A stretch of DNA of 63,061 bases, the filler included, from Welwitschia mirabilis (Eukaryota), in NCBI GenBank assembly GCA_051453625.1. It is 7 parts of one record of this genome, joined end to end, with 100 filler letters (N's around TTAATTAATTAA, not from the genome) between each part and the next. Parts side by side here need not be neighbours in the genome. Positions count along the whole stretch, not along the records: positions 1 to 28,737 come from JBOZIK010000001.1; 6 more parts are not named here. One strand, written 5' to 3'. Of the stretch, positions 13,450 to 27,730 are shown piece by piece (position 1 is the first letter of the stretch; the number at the start of each line of letters is the position of its first letter). The translations under genes and the position numbers were made by a program. Under the pieces are notes generated by a model, which saw only the letters and a list, made by a program, of their open reading frames with translations, had not been told where the DNA came from and searched no databases.

Positions 13450-14350
13450 CATATCTATATAAACTCAATGTATCACCTTAGGCCAAGACCTTTCTTCTCC
13501 TCATCATGTTGGATGACAGACTGAAATACATCTAGAGCACTGGATGTGCTTATATTTAGGGTTATTAATAGCACATTTTTCCATATAGAACCTGTCTACA
13601 TGAATGATAGTAATTCCATATTTAGAAATAGATTAAAAGAAATCTATCCAATACTCCAAGAGTAAACCGCAAAAGTACTATTATGTCTAAGACTTTATGT
13701 CAAATGCATTAGTGATACTCCTTAGAAATCCTATAGAAGAGCCTTAACTATCATCCTCTTTTGGATTTCTTCCTGCATTATTATGTGTCCTTTATTATAG
13801 GAATAGTTCATCATAGACAAGAAAATTCAAGTTCTAATTTCAAGAACCATATCCTTAAAAGCCACAATGTAGTGAAATCAGTCTAGCAATAAGAACTGAT
13901 CCATGTCTAAGATCAAATACATATACTAGTAGTACCCTTTTAGGATCTGACTTAGCAAGATACTTGTGCTATTATCAATCTCATCATCGATATTAGGAAC
14001 AAAACATTAAATCATTTTAAAATAAAGAAACATACTAACAAGAATTATATAATTATTAAACAAAAACCTCAAAGTATAAGATCTTGTAGCATGAGAAATA
14101 GCATTGAAACAAAGAGGATATTTTGAAAGAACCATTAAATAACTTTAAAATTGTAGACTCTAGTGATCAAATAAAGAGACTTGATTTCATTCATGAAATT
14201 GGACTTAATTGCATTTTAGTTAAGGCCACAACCATTGACATACACCACAGAATGAAAATAAATGAAATTAGCATATAATTTTAGGTCTAGATAGGTGAAA
14301 ATGCATAGTGATGATTAGAGAAACAGTTGTAAGGCACTTCATATGAGTGA
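13450..14350 (-). pseudogene. Possible highly decayed env-like/extra ORF of an LTR element
   Basis: Only a weak KLYANF..VYVNG resemblance to the 'FYAN' motif near 14230-14290, in sequence slightly richer in GC. Confidence 0.25.
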
Positions 14351-16118
14351 TGTATGATCTGCAAAAAATACAAGATCATTTGATGACCATTTGTGCAAAG
14401 CCACAAGCAAATTGAACTATCTACTAGGTAAAATTCCCTTGATAGAAAGTGAAGGATCATATTTCATAGGTTTTATATCCAAATACATCCAAACATACCT
14501 CTTAATCTCCATTCAAATATTTTCTAAATAGTTTATAAAAGATGTAGATGAATCTTGAGACTTATATAAATATGCATAGGATTTCTCTTATAAAGAAACA
14601 TTTAATAAATAAAATATATACGCATTATCTGGCTCAAGATTCACATGGATAAGTGAATTGACTATGGAATATGGATTCAAATGAAAATAAAAATACATTA
14701 CAGGTGAAGATTACTCCATATTTGTCTTGATCACTAAAAATGCAATTTGCGATTTGTGGATCCACATTAAAAAATCCATAGATAGTTACTCTTTGGAATA
14801 AGCTTAAAGTATGCTTATGAGAGTCTCCTCTACCAATGACATAGAACTATTCATCAACATGAATAGCCTTGATGAATTTGGAGATATGCAATTGAATTTA
14901 CCATTTGTTAACACATGAAAACCCTATAAGCTTGACATGCACCGACATCAAGATTTCCAGCAATTTTAGATAAGTAATTTTCTATGCAATTATGCTATGT
15001 GATAGACACACTAGGATCTTTCTTAAGCCTTGAAAAAGAGCATCAAGAGTGTCATTTGTTATAAGCATATTATATTTTATTTACTTTTCATAATCATGTT
15101 TAGTCCCAATGGATTTCGTGTTCCTTCTATAATTTTGAAGAGAAAACTTATGAACATTGTCATCATGATAAGCTTGATAAGTATTTTTTGAGATAGCTTA
15201 TTCTTTTAAGAGATCACCATNNNNNNNNNNNNNNNNNNNNNNNNNNNNNNNNNNNNNNNNNNNNNNNNNNNNNNNNNNNNNNNNNNNNNNNNNNNNNNNN
15301 NNNNNNNNNNNNNNNNNNNNNNNNNNNNNNNNNNNNNNNNNNNNNNNNNNNNNNNNNNNNNNNNNNNNNNNNNNNNNNNNNNNNNNNNNNNNNNNNNNNN
15401 NNNNNNNNNNNNNNNNNNNNNNNNNNNNNNNNNNNNNNNNNNNNNNNNNNNNNNNNNNNNNNNNNNNNNNNNNNNNNNNNNNNNNNNNNNNNNNNNNNNN
15501 NNNNNNNNNNNNNNNNNNNNNNNNNNNNNNNNNNNNNNNNNNNNNNNNNNNNNNNNNNNNNNNNNNNNNNNNNNNNNNNNNNNNNNNNNNNNNNNNNNNN
15601 NNNNNNNNNNNNNNNNNNNNNNNNNNNNNNNNNNNNNNNNNNNNNNNNNNNNNNNNNNNNNNNNNNNNNNNNNNNNNNNNNNNNNNNNNNNNNNNNNNNN
15701 NNNNNNNNNNNNNNNNNNNNNNNNNNNNNNNNNNNNNNNNNNNNNNNNNNNNNNNNNNNNNNNNNNNNNNNNNNNNNNNNNNNNNNNNNNNNNNNNNNNN
15801 NNNNNNNNNNNNNNNNNNNNNNNNNNNNNNNNNNNNNNNNNNNNNNNNNNNNNNNNNNNNNNNNNNNNNNNNNNNNNNNNNNNNNNNNNNNNNNNNNNNN
15901 NNNNNNNNNNNNNNNNNNNNNNNNNNNNNNNNNNNNNNNNNNNNNNNNNNNNNNNNNNNNNNNNNNNNNNNNNNNNNNNNNNNNNNNNNNNNNNNNNNNN
16001 NNNNNNNNNNNNNNNNNNNNNNNNNNNNNNNNNNNNNNNNNNNNNNNNNNNNNNNNNNNNNNNNNNNNNNNNNNNNNNNNNNNNNNNNNNNNNNNNNNNN
16101 NNNNNNNNNNNNNNNNNN

Positions 16119-17295
16119 TGGTATGAATTTATACAATTTTTAAGTCCTTAGGTAGAACCTATAAATCATAATACTTATAGAAAAAACACACTAGTATAGA
16201 TGGAAGTTAATCTGAAGGTCGTAATCTATTGAAGGCACTAAGATAAAAGTTAGAGAATTGATTTTACAAAGTATTTTAGTCTTTTTTATTTTAGTAAATG
16301 AAAGTATACAACAATGTAAATGCAATGTAAGACAAATGATGCTAAGATGAAATGGATAAAATGTAAGTGTAATGAGTTCTATTTGGTTTCCAATCCTCTT
16401 ACTATAAGAATTAGTCTTTATAATTTAGATCAATTAAGAAGAGTTTATCACTTATTCCTAACCAACATAAACTATGAGGTATGCCAAATAGAATATGGAT
16501 AATAAAAATATGAAAATGAAATGAAATAGAATGCAAAGAAAAATCTAAACTAATAAAGTTAACCTTAACAAAGTTGCCCTTATGAAAAGCATAATTGAAT
16601 TAATTAGTAAATTTATATTCACTTACAACAAAGTAGCAGCATCTCAATGAAGGATACTCAGTCCAATAGTAAGGCAAACTTCTCTCTATAGCTCCTAAAT
16701 GAATCTCTTATCCTTAATTCTTCTATCATAAGAATATCCAGTATAAAAGATGAAAATTGAGGTAAAGAAAAGGGAGCATATTTATAGTTTTACATTGAGG
16801 TTCTAGAAGCATAACACTAAAAGTTAAAGAAGAGACCCTAGTAATCCACATGGGCAATATGACTTTATTACAAAGGTAATTCTTTTCGTCTATATAAAAA
16901 ATAAGTATCATCTAGACTATTGTGGGGATAACAATAGGGATGGTACTTCCCAAAAAAGGTAATCCATTAGCTTCAAGCCCCATAGTCAACCCTCTAGATA
17001 CATTCCATGCTAGTAGTGCTATCATCCTATCTATCATGAAAATGATAAAGAGGATGATAAGCCTCTCAATTTTCTAGCTCAAAGGGAAAACAGTCTTCTA
17101 CATGGTTAATCTTTTCTTTAAGGCATGAAGTATCAAAATGCACCTGATATACTCCAAATATGCTAAGAATTGCACATTTCAAGGAACATCCTATCAATTC
17201 TCCATAATTGTTAGAATTACATTCAAACTTGTATAGATATCCTACAAAAATACACAAAATACACTATCAAATTCCTACAAATTGGCATTGGAACA
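16119..17295 (-). repeat. 3' LTR of element B
   Basis: Colinear with 26483-27730 apart from a ~85-bp deletion near 16585. The adjacent 17296-17415 matches the PPT-side sequence at 28620-28737. Confidence 0.85.
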
Positions 17296-19599
17296 TAGAC
17301 CTTTAATTAAACTTATCAATACTAGATAGAATGAGTGATCAACTATATTATAAGTCAATTTAACTAAAATAACTAGTAATTAGAAAAATGTAATTTTGAG
17401 TTTAAGTTTTATCATGTAGAAATATTAAAAACCAATTAATTGACATAAGTACTAATATATTCAGAAGCCCCCTACTTAAACACATCACAATAGAATAAAT
17501 TAATGTCATATAAACACAAAAAATCATAAAATATAACAATCATATCTTAGAAAATAATAATGTGTATGCATAATTTGAGATAGTTATACCAAAACTGATG
17601 TATAAAACTAAGTAGTGATAACTTAAAAAATGATGTATACAAGATCATTAATGTATTCTATAAAGGGGAAAGTACAAATAGTAATCATAACATATTTTTC
17701 CCTTTTTTAAGATCTTTTAGATGTTTTGAAACATAGCTACAGGAAAACTCTGTGAGTGTGCTACTATGATATTAATATATAAAATCCATGAAATTTTATT
17801 CAAGTAACTTGAAATCATATCCAAATAACTCATCATAAATATGTATTGCAAATCTTAAAAATGATCCTTTTAAATTTAAAATTTCTGTTTAATATCTCAA
17901 AAAAAGATTAAAAAGATTTCTTGTCTTTCCTTTCTCGCTTTTCCTCTTCCTCTATCCCTCCTCCCCTCAATCCCCTAACCGATCAGTGAAGCAATATGTC
18001 ATAGATCACAATAGAGTGAAAAGGATGATTGTTATGTTATCTATTATGGAAATGACAAATGTGAAACAACACTAATTAAATAAGATGTTGAAAAAAAGGA
18101 AAAACTAAAAAAATATTAAACATAATCAAGCATTAGAAAAGTAACAAAAAATCAAGAAGAAGTTAAAAAGTGAAGAATTATCTTCAAAAACATAATCATG
18201 GTGAAAAAAACTAATGGGAAAAGGTTATTAAAGAAAAAAATGAGACCATAATAATGCACTATGTAGAAGGAAGCAATGCTTAGAAGAACTCCTAAAATAT
18301 CTCCCAACTTAGTAAGAATTAAAAAAGTAAGAGACTAAAATTCAAAAGAAAAAGTATCATCATCACCTATCACAAGAGAAAGGACAACAACCTTCATGGA
18401 TAAAATCTATGAGTAATATCAACAAAAACACTCCTAAAATGATTAGATCCATAATATTATATTCAAAAAGTATGGAAATAACTATAAGAACCTAACAAAA
18501 CAACTAAAGAAAAATCAAATGAAAATGAACAACTAGGAACATAAAAAAGATTGTTTACTTACCCTAAATTCTAACTTAAAAAATTCCCTTGATAAAAATC
18601 ATAAAATCACTTGATTAAAAATGCATGATAGTATACAAAAATTAATNNNNNNNNNNNNNNNNNNNNNNNNNNNNNNNNNNNNNNNNNNNNNNNNNNNNNN
18701 NNNNNNNNNNNNNNNNNNNNNNNNNNNNNNNNNNNNNNNNNNNNNNAAAAATCATAAAATCACTTGATTAAAAATGCATGATAGTATATAAAAATTCATA
18801 AATCACCATTCAAATAGGCAATTATTATGATGATGTTAAATGTGTTTAATATTATCAAATAATAAATGATAAGATAAAAGCTATTAGAAAATGAACTCAC
18901 TAGCTTACATATAAAAATAAGACTAGAATCCAAAAAAATAAAATGATCATGTAAAAGTACTATATGCAAAAGGAGTCGAGAAAACAAGCACTACCTCTGA
19001 TGATACCAGAGACATCACTGATCTTATAGCCTCTAAGTAAAATTTATTCTATTATGATGAGGGGAGTGCAACCACTATCAGAGGAGTAAGGACTCATACA
19101 CCATGGCAAACTGACCCCCTAGTAGAGTTTTCATAGCTACCATATCATACTACCAAATGCATGTTTTGGGAAAATTTGTCCTAGTTTTCTTGTAGTAAGG
19201 TATCATGGTGATCATGCTTTTATCTCAGATACAATAGATCATGGCTTCTTCATCTTCTTCTTCTTCTTATTTTAAACTAATCCACATGACCAAGTATCTA
19301 TAAGGATAAAAGTAAAGTAATAAGATGAGGAATAAGTAAGATCATGCAAAATCAACTAATTACTCACACCATTGAAAGAGAATAAAAGAACAAAGAAATC
19401 TCCCTTCTAAATGAAGTTCATAAACATATGAATGTTTTAGGATTGGGTGTATCCAATCTTATCATTAGAATGACTAAGTAAAAGATTACTAATCATGGTA
19501 ACTTTATAAGGTAAACACATAAGTAAAGTTAAAAATATTTAAGTGATAGCATGATGTTTGTCCAAGGAATAAGTTAAAAAAGTATTTAGATAATGATAA

Positions 19600-22500
19600 G
19601 AGGAAAGTCATCCTCATTTAGAAAATCTTTCAAGATAAGTGCTTCTATCATGTTTAATGTTTTATTATAGATTACTCATAAATTTTTAACCTTTGTGTAT
19701 TAACTTTGTAAATTTCTCTAGTTTTTAGATCAGATATTTCAACTAAGCCATTGTTATACACATTTTATATAAGATAAGAACCTAACCATTTAGAGGTTAA
19801 CTTGTTATGTAAAAGGTGTACTCAGGTATTATATAAAAGGACAAGTTAACCTTGTTTAAATTACTTATGAAGAATCTTTTCATCATGTTTAAACTTAGCT
19901 TGGGCTTTATAATTGAGTTGATCATGTATGACATAAGTATGCTTTTCATCTAAATGGTCAAGTTGGGCTATTTCAGTTTTAAGATTTTTATCTAAGTTTA
20001 CAAGGTTAAGTTAATGGGTGGATCGATAAGAGTTATAGCAAATATCAAATAGCAAAACACAAAGTTTTCTATACATAAGTTTGTATGGTGAAAAACCTAG
20101 AGAGTTGCATCAAGTAGTAAAGTAAGCCCAAAGAACATCATTAACTTTAGAGGACCAAGTTTTCTTATTGATAGAGACTAATTTTTAAAGCATATTTTAA
20201 ATTCCTCTATTTGAATTTTGGCTTGGCCATTAGTTTATGAATGATAAGCACATGTAATTCTGTGTTTAATGCCAATGGATAAAAGAAGTTTATGAAAAAG
20301 TTANNNNNNNNNNNNNNNNNNNNNNNNNNNNNNNNNNNNNNNNNNNNNNNNNNNNNNNNNNNNNNNNNNNNNNNNNNNNNNNNNNNNNNNNNNNNNNNNN
20401 NNNNNNNNNNNNNNNNNNNNNNNNNNNNNNNNNNNNNNNNNNNNNNNNNNNNNNNNNNNNNNNNNNNNNNNNNNNNNNNNNNNNNNNNNNNNNNNNNNNN
20501 NNNNNNNNNNNNNNNNNNNNNNNNNNNNNNNNNNNTCAAGCATAGGTTTAAGGGGCATATCTTAAGAATGCATTAGGCTACCATATCGTTGACAAGCATC
20601 ACATATTATAGCAAAGTTAAATAAGTCTTTGAAAAGGGTAGGCCAATAAAAACTAGAATGAAGGATTTTTCTTGTATTCTTTTAGTCACTAAAGGTTCCC
20701 TAGATATTCCACCATGATAAAGGTTAAGGATCTCTAAGCTTTTTCATTTAGGCACATATTTATGCATGATTTGATTTTTGTATTTTCTATAAAGATGGGG
20801 TTCATTTCACGCATAGTCACTAGTTCTATGGAGAATATATTTTCATTGGTTATGATTTAAATGCTAAAGTGTTTTCATAGTAAGAAGGTAGTACATAATA
20901 TCAGCATACTGAGAAGTGGGATGAGTAGAAGAGATGGAATAAAGTTTTTCAATAGTAAATAATTATTCATCTATAAAGGAGTTATTCATGGGAAGTTCAT
21001 CAAGAGAACAAAAAAATTGAGATAGATGATTTGCAATGCNNNNNNNNNNTTGATGATGACAAGATTAAATTCTTGTATGAGAAGGATCCATATAATAAGT
21101 CCAGAAATAAAATCATTTTTAGTCATAAGAGAGCATATGGCTACATGATATATGTAAACACTGATGTGAAAGCCAAGAAGATAGTATCTAAGATAGCAAG
21201 AAAAAAGTGATGGCAAGCATTTCCATTTTTGTAGTAGAGTAATTGGATTAGACTATGGATAAATTTTTACTAAGATATAACATAATGTTAAAATCATTTC
21301 AATATTTTTAACTAAGAACCCCACCAACAACAATGTTGATTGCATCATAGATGAGTCTAAAATCTTTAATCCAATTAGGACACATGATAATAGGTTTAGA
21401 AGAAATATTTTTCTTAAGTGTATCAAATATAAGTTGACATAAATCATTATAATTAAATTTAATATCTTTTTTGAGAAATGAGTAAAGGATTTATAAATCT
21501 TGGCATAATCATAAATAAAATGATGTTAGAAACCAGTACAACCAAGGAATGATCTAACTTATGTGACATTTATTAGAGGGCTAAGGTTTTTAATGATATC
21601 AACTTTCATAGGATTCATCTTAATTCCTTATTTACAAATGTGATAATCTAAAACAATTCCATTATTGACAATGAGAAAACATTTTTTTTCTAACATAAAT
21701 ATAGGCTACTTTCTATACATCGATCCAATACCTTCTCTAATATTTCTATAATTTGTTCAAAAGTTTCATCAAAGATGGAGAAGTTACCCATAAAGATTTC
21801 AATAAAAACCTCTATAATGTTAGAAAACATCCCTATCATTGCTCATTGAAAAGTCCCAAGGGCATTCCAAAATTTAAAAGGCATTCATCTAAAGGAAAAG
21901 GTTCCAAAGGATGAGGTAAAAGTTATTTTGGCTTAGTCTTTACTTATTACAAAAACTTAATTATAGCCACTATACCCATCAAGAAAACAATAATAAGGAT
22001 GACCTTGGATTCTATCAAGAACTTAGTCAAGAAAGGGTAAAGAACAATGATCCTTTTTAGTGATCTCATTAAGTTTTTTTAGAATAAATGTACATTCTCC
22101 ATTTTCCATCTTTTTTGAAAACTACTATCAAAGGGCTAATCCACTTACTATCGAATACAACATAGATTATTCTAGCATTCATAAGTTTAATAATTTCATA
22201 TATAATTACTTGCTTAAGGACTAGGTTGAGCCTTCATTGAGGTTACTTAATAGGTTTAGAATTATCCTTGAGGTAAACTTTATATTAGATTATGAAAAGA
22301 GGGATGGTAGCTAAGTATTTATGGGTCTCAATAAAGGCATCTTTTTTAGAAGTTAATAGTGAGAACAAGTAAGATTTTTATTGAGAAATAATAAGATCAC
22401 TTAGTATTAAAGGTTTCTTTATATTGTTGGATAGAAAAATGTATTTTAGACCTTTGGGCAACTTCTTAAGTTATAATTAAAATTTTTATTTATTGTTCTG

Positions 22501-25500
22501 TCTATCGTGAGGATGAAAACATGAGACGACACTCTTCAAAAAGTTTTTCTATCAAGTAAACATGTTGGATTTCCTTCTAGTTGAAAGTTTTCTCATTCTC
22601 ATACTCACGATAGTGCATTTTAGTTGGGTATCATATAAAGTTGGTTTGTGTAGCATTATCAATCTCTCCTTAATTAGGTAATGTTGTAAAAATAATGTTG
22701 ATTTGAGTTCCTCTTCTAAGTTAGACTTATCTCTTATTTCTTTTTTAGTAGCATCAAAAACTCAAATGGTGAACTTCTTATTACCTATATAACATTCCAT
22801 CATTTCAATCCATGTGTTAAGGATACAATGAACAGTTGCACAAAAGGCTCTTTCGTGGAGTAGTGGATTCGCTCCATCATGTTCTACCTCAAATATGACT
22901 ACATATATGGGATAAAAATATTCCTCTATTTAGATGAATAAATCCTTGATAATTCCTATGGGTTTTTTAATTTTTATATTATCCAATTTTAAGAAAATTC
23001 ATGTAGGTTCTATTCTATTTTTCAACCTAAGTATTTTAAATATGTAGAGAGGCATGATATTTACACTAGCTCCTGTGTCACTTAAAGCTTTTTGAATTCT
23101 TTTTTTCCCTTCTAAGGGTAACACTAACTATTGCTACCCTAGGATCTTTAAATTTAGAATACTTTTTCATGATTAAGTTGAAAATAGATTAAGAAAGAAA
23201 AACTTTGCTAGGAAAGATACATTTTTATTTTCTTCTTACTAGTTCTTTCCATAACTTATAATATTTAGGATTTTTTTGCAAGTGTTTCCAAAAAGATAAG
23301 TTAATATTACTTCTTACAACAAGTTCTTCAAGTGCTCATCATAGGTACGATTTATGTTTAACCTATGAAGCCAAGGAGTAGATGATTTCTTCCCTTTATT
23401 TTCTAGTCAGTAATTTTTTATGGTGGTCTTAGCATGTGATGTTTATAGGAAGTTATATGTGTCCAAAATTTATACAACATCTTCTTCATTACTTTTTTCA
23501 TTATTATCAAAAGTTGAAACCTCAAGGGTAGGAGGTGTTATATTATATTCACTTTTTGTTAGTACCTTCAAATCTTTCTTGACTTCATTTGGGTTAGGTA
23601 AAGATTGAGATGTAAGATACCCTTGTGGTCTTTGATTAACAAGTACTGATTGTTAAAAAACATTCACTAAGTTTTCAATATTATTATTAGTCTTTCTTTA
23701 CATCTTTTTCAATTATTATATGAAATCTCTAAGTGGATTGTTTTGATTTCATTGAAAAGTAAGGTTATTTTGTTAGAATTTTAAATTACTAGATATACTC
23801 TTAAAAGGTTTTCATTTTGATTATCCATCTAATATTTGTTAAAATTATGTTTGGATTTTAAAGTTAGCTATTCTTTGATTAAATGCATATACTTCCTCAG
23901 ATATCCTCTCTTTACATGTTCATAACAAGGGATACTCTTCAGTTTGATAAGAGTTATCTTTACAAATATCACATGTTAAAGTTGTGTTTTCATCTTTTAA
24001 TACCTTTGAATTAATTATTAATTTAGTGTACTTTTTTAAAGTGCTAATAAAATCCTTAATTAAGTTCGTTNNNNNNNNNNNNNNNNNNNNNNNNNNNNNN
24101 NNNNNNNNNNNNNNNNNNNNNNNNNNNNNNNNNNNNNNNNNNNNNNNNNNNNNNNNNNNNNNNNNNNNNNNNNNNNNNNNNNNNNNNNNNNNNNNNNNNN
24201 NNNNNNNNNNNNNNNNNNNNNNNNNNNNNNNNNNNNNNNNNNNNNNNNNNNNNNNNNNNNNNNNNNNNNNNNNNNNNNNNNNNNNNNNNNNNNNNNNNNN
24301 NNNNNNNNNNNNNNNNNNNNNNNNNNNNNNNNNNNNNNNNNNNNNNNNNNNNNNNNNNNNNNNNNNNNNNNNNNNNNNNNNNNNNNNNNNNNNNNNNNNN
24401 NNNNNNNNNNNNNNNNNNNNNNNNNNNNNNNNNNNNNNNNNNNNNNNNNNNNNNNNNNNNNNNNNNNNNNNNNNNNNNNNNNNNNNNNNNNNNNNNNNNN
24501 NNNNNNNNNNNNNNNNNNNNNNNNNNNNNNNNNNNNNNNNNNNNNNNNNNNNNNNNNNNNNNNNNNNNNNNNNNNNNNNNNNNNNNNNNNNNNNNNNNNN
24601 NNNNNNNNNNNNNNNNNNNNNNNNNNNNNNNNNNNNNNNNNNNNNNNNNNNNNNNNNNNNNNNNNNNNNNNNNNNNNNNNNNNNNNNNNNNNNNNNNNNN
24701 NNNNNNNNNNNNNNNNNNNNNNNNNNNNNNNNNNNNNNNNNNNNNNNNNNNNNNNNNNNNNNNNNNNNNNNNNNNNNNNNNNNNNNNNNNNNNNNNNNNN
24801 NNNNNNNNNNNNNNNNNNNNNNNNNNNNNNNNNNNNNNNNNNNNNNNNNNNNNNNNNNNNNNNNNNNNNNNNNNNNNNNNNNNNNNNNNNNNNNNNNNNT
24901 ACCTTTGAATTAATTATTAATTTAGTGTACTTCTTTAAAGTGCTAATAAAATCCTTAATTAAGTTCATTGAATCACCTTTCTCTTCTTCCTTATCATGTT
25001 TTACCTCCTTTAAATGTTTTATTATTTGATCTCTAGTTTGATTTTCTTTATGGATTTTGGACAAGCTTGATTTATCTCTAACACATTCCATGCATCCTCT
25101 AAGACTAAGTTTATCGAGTTTCCATTACAAGAAAAATCTACAAGTTATTTATTTTAACTAGTTAACCCACTATAGAAATAATCTACCAATTCTTCTTTAT
25201 GAAATTCATCAATAGGGTTGGAATGGATAGCTATGTTAGAATGCTCATAAGTTATGGCATGGTACTCATGAGGTTGTTGTTGCAAATTAGTGACTTCCTT
25301 CCTTATTTTTCTTATGGTACTTTCACTCAAAAATATTTTAATAAAAACTTCTTTCACTTGACTCTAAAATTTAAGAATCTTACCTAGAATAGTTTTAAGC
25401 CAAATCTTTGCCTTTATTTTAAGTATGACTTGAAAGATAATCATATAAGTACAATCACTAATGCATTTCTTCATATTTCCTAAGGTAAGTACAAGGTATT

Positions 25501-26020
25501 CAATGTTGGTTAGATGTTGGAAAGGGTACTCCTCAAGTTTCCTTAAAAATATTAGATAAGCACTTAAGTTTCTTAATTCTACATCATCACTGGTAGGTAA
25601 GTCCAAGGGATTTTGGATTTTACATTTTATATTAGAAATTAAATCTATTATAATAACATTTACATTTGAAGTTAAAGTTCCTATCATGATTAACATATTA
25701 GATGAAGCGATTTGTTTTCGTTTTTATGAGAATTTCAACATAGGTAAAGAAATGATTTGTTTTTGTTTTTGTAAAGATTTTGACATAGATAAAGAAACGA
25801 AAGGATCTGCTTTTATGTTATTATTTTTCCAATTTTATTTTACAAAATTTGACTCTAAAATAATAAAACCAAAAAATTCCTCTTTTTTAATTCTTGAAAT
25901 TTATGTACTTGGAATGTGCGTATCTAGATTTTGCTTAAAGTCAAATAACCTTTCTCTAATATTTTATTTAATCAGGTTTCACTCTCTCTGATATTTTATC
26001 TTTATATCAGAATTCACCAT
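19600..26020 (-). pseudogene. Degenerate gag-pol polyprotein of element B
   Basis: Start MVNSDIKIKYQRE at 26020. Gag LVDYFYSGLT at about 25160. Protease KALSDTGASVNIMPL at about 23050-23095. RT FLDGYSGYN at about 21960-21990, with degenerate MPFGL and YMDDFS equivalents at about 21780-21885. RNase H and integrase remnants extend to about 19600. Confidence 0.85.
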
Positions 26021-26456
26021 GTCCCTGCAATCTATACATAATTTAAAAAAATGAAATAAAAAATAACTAATAATTATCCACTTAATCGTGGTGATGATAT
26101 GATTACAACAGTAGAAAACTAAAACCAGAGAAAAAATGTTTTAACTAAACAACTAAATCTCATCTAGCCTATCTTAGGGATGATAGAGAAGATGATGATA
26201 CTTTTATAACTGATATTTGGCAGAAAGAAAATTTGCCAAAAATAAAAATAAACTTAGAAATCTATGACTATCTTTTCTAGTATCATAAGGATGACTAAAA
26301 TGATGAAAGTGGCTTTTTTAAACTATGAAAAATAAAAATCATTGAAATGAACCTACTAGACTATAATAAAATACAATACTATTTTAAATAAGTAATCTAA
26401 ACTAAAATTTAAGGTACTCACCTGGATAGTGACAATCCTCTAGCTCCTTGCAGCCT

Positions 26457-26474
26457 TCCCCCACAAACATGCCA
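26457..26474 (-). other. Primer-binding site, degenerate tRNA-Asp type
   Basis: Minus strand TGGCATGTTTGTGGGGGA versus the Athila consensus TGGCGCCGTTGCCGGGGA, 3 nt after the LTR end ..ATAACA. Confidence 0.65.
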
Positions 26475-26477
26475 AAA

Positions 26478-27730
26478 TGTTATGGCATGAATTTATGCAA
26501 TCTTTAAGTCCTTAAGTAAAACATGCAAATCATAATACTTGAAAAAAACACATTAATATAAATGGAAGTTAATCCAAATGTTGTAATATATTGAAGGCAC
26601 TAGCCTAGAATTTAGGGAATAATTTCACAAAGTATTTTAGTCTTTCTTATTTTACTAAATAAAAGTAAGCAACAAAGCAAATACAATTCAAGATGAATGA
26701 TGGTAAAATGAAATGAATAAAATGCAAGCATAATGATTTCTATTTAGATTTCAATCATCCTACTATAAGAATTAATCTTTATAATTTAGATTAATTAGGA
26801 AGAGTTTATCACTTGTTCCTAGCCAACATAAACTATAAGGTACATCAAAAAAAATATGAAAAATGCAAATATGAAAATGGAATGAAATAGAATGCAATAC
26901 AAAATCTAGACGAAAAAAGTTAACTTTAATAAAGATTACCCTTTTAATCTAGACAAACTATATAATTATTGCCAAACTGTAATCAACTTAAACTATAAGG
27001 GACATTTAGACAATAGAAATAAAAAGAGTAATTAAATTAATCATTAACTTTAAATCTATTTATAATAAAGTAGTATCACCTCAATAAAGGATACTTAATC
27101 CAACACTAAGTTAAACTTCTTTCTATAGCTACTGGATGATCCTATTGTCCTTTAATATTCCATCATAAGAATATCCAATATAAAAGATGAAAATAAAAGT
27201 GAAGGAAAGGGAGGGAATTTATAGTTTTACATTAAAGTTCTAGAAGCATAACCCTAGAAGTTGAAGAATAAACCCTAGTAACTCACATGAGTCACATGAC
27301 CCCATTATAAAGATAATTCTTTTCATCTATACAAGAAATAGGTTCAACATGACTATTATAGGGATGGTAATGGGAATGATACTCCACAAAAAAAGTGATC
27401 CATTAGGTTTAGATCCCATAGTTAACTCTATAGATTCATTTCATGTCAGTAGTACTATTATCTTATTTGTTATGAGAATGATAGAGGGGATGATAGGTCT
27501 CTCTATATTATATCTCAAAGTAAAAGCAATCTTCTATATGGTTAATCTTTCTTTTAAGGCATGAAGTATGAAAATAAGCCTGATATGCCTTCAAATATGC
27601 TAAGAATTGCATGTTTTAGTGAACATTCTATTGATTCTTAATAATCATCAGAATTGCATCCAAACTTGTATAAATGTCCTATAAAAATACTTAAAATACA
27701 CCATCAAATTTCTACAAATTGGTATCATAA
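26478..27730 (-). repeat. 5' LTR of element B
   Basis: CA end at 26478 followed by the PBS; homologous to 16119-17295 and to the reverse complement of 44316-45584. Confidence 0.85.

Larger units (their letters stand above)
16119..27730 (-). mobile_element. Structurally complete but decayed Athila-like element B (LTR-PBS-gag-PR-RT-RH-INT-3'UTR-LTR)
   Basis: Two homologous LTRs (26478-27730, 16119-17295), PBS at 26457-26474, and Ty3 domain order on the minus strand. Confidence 0.88.
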
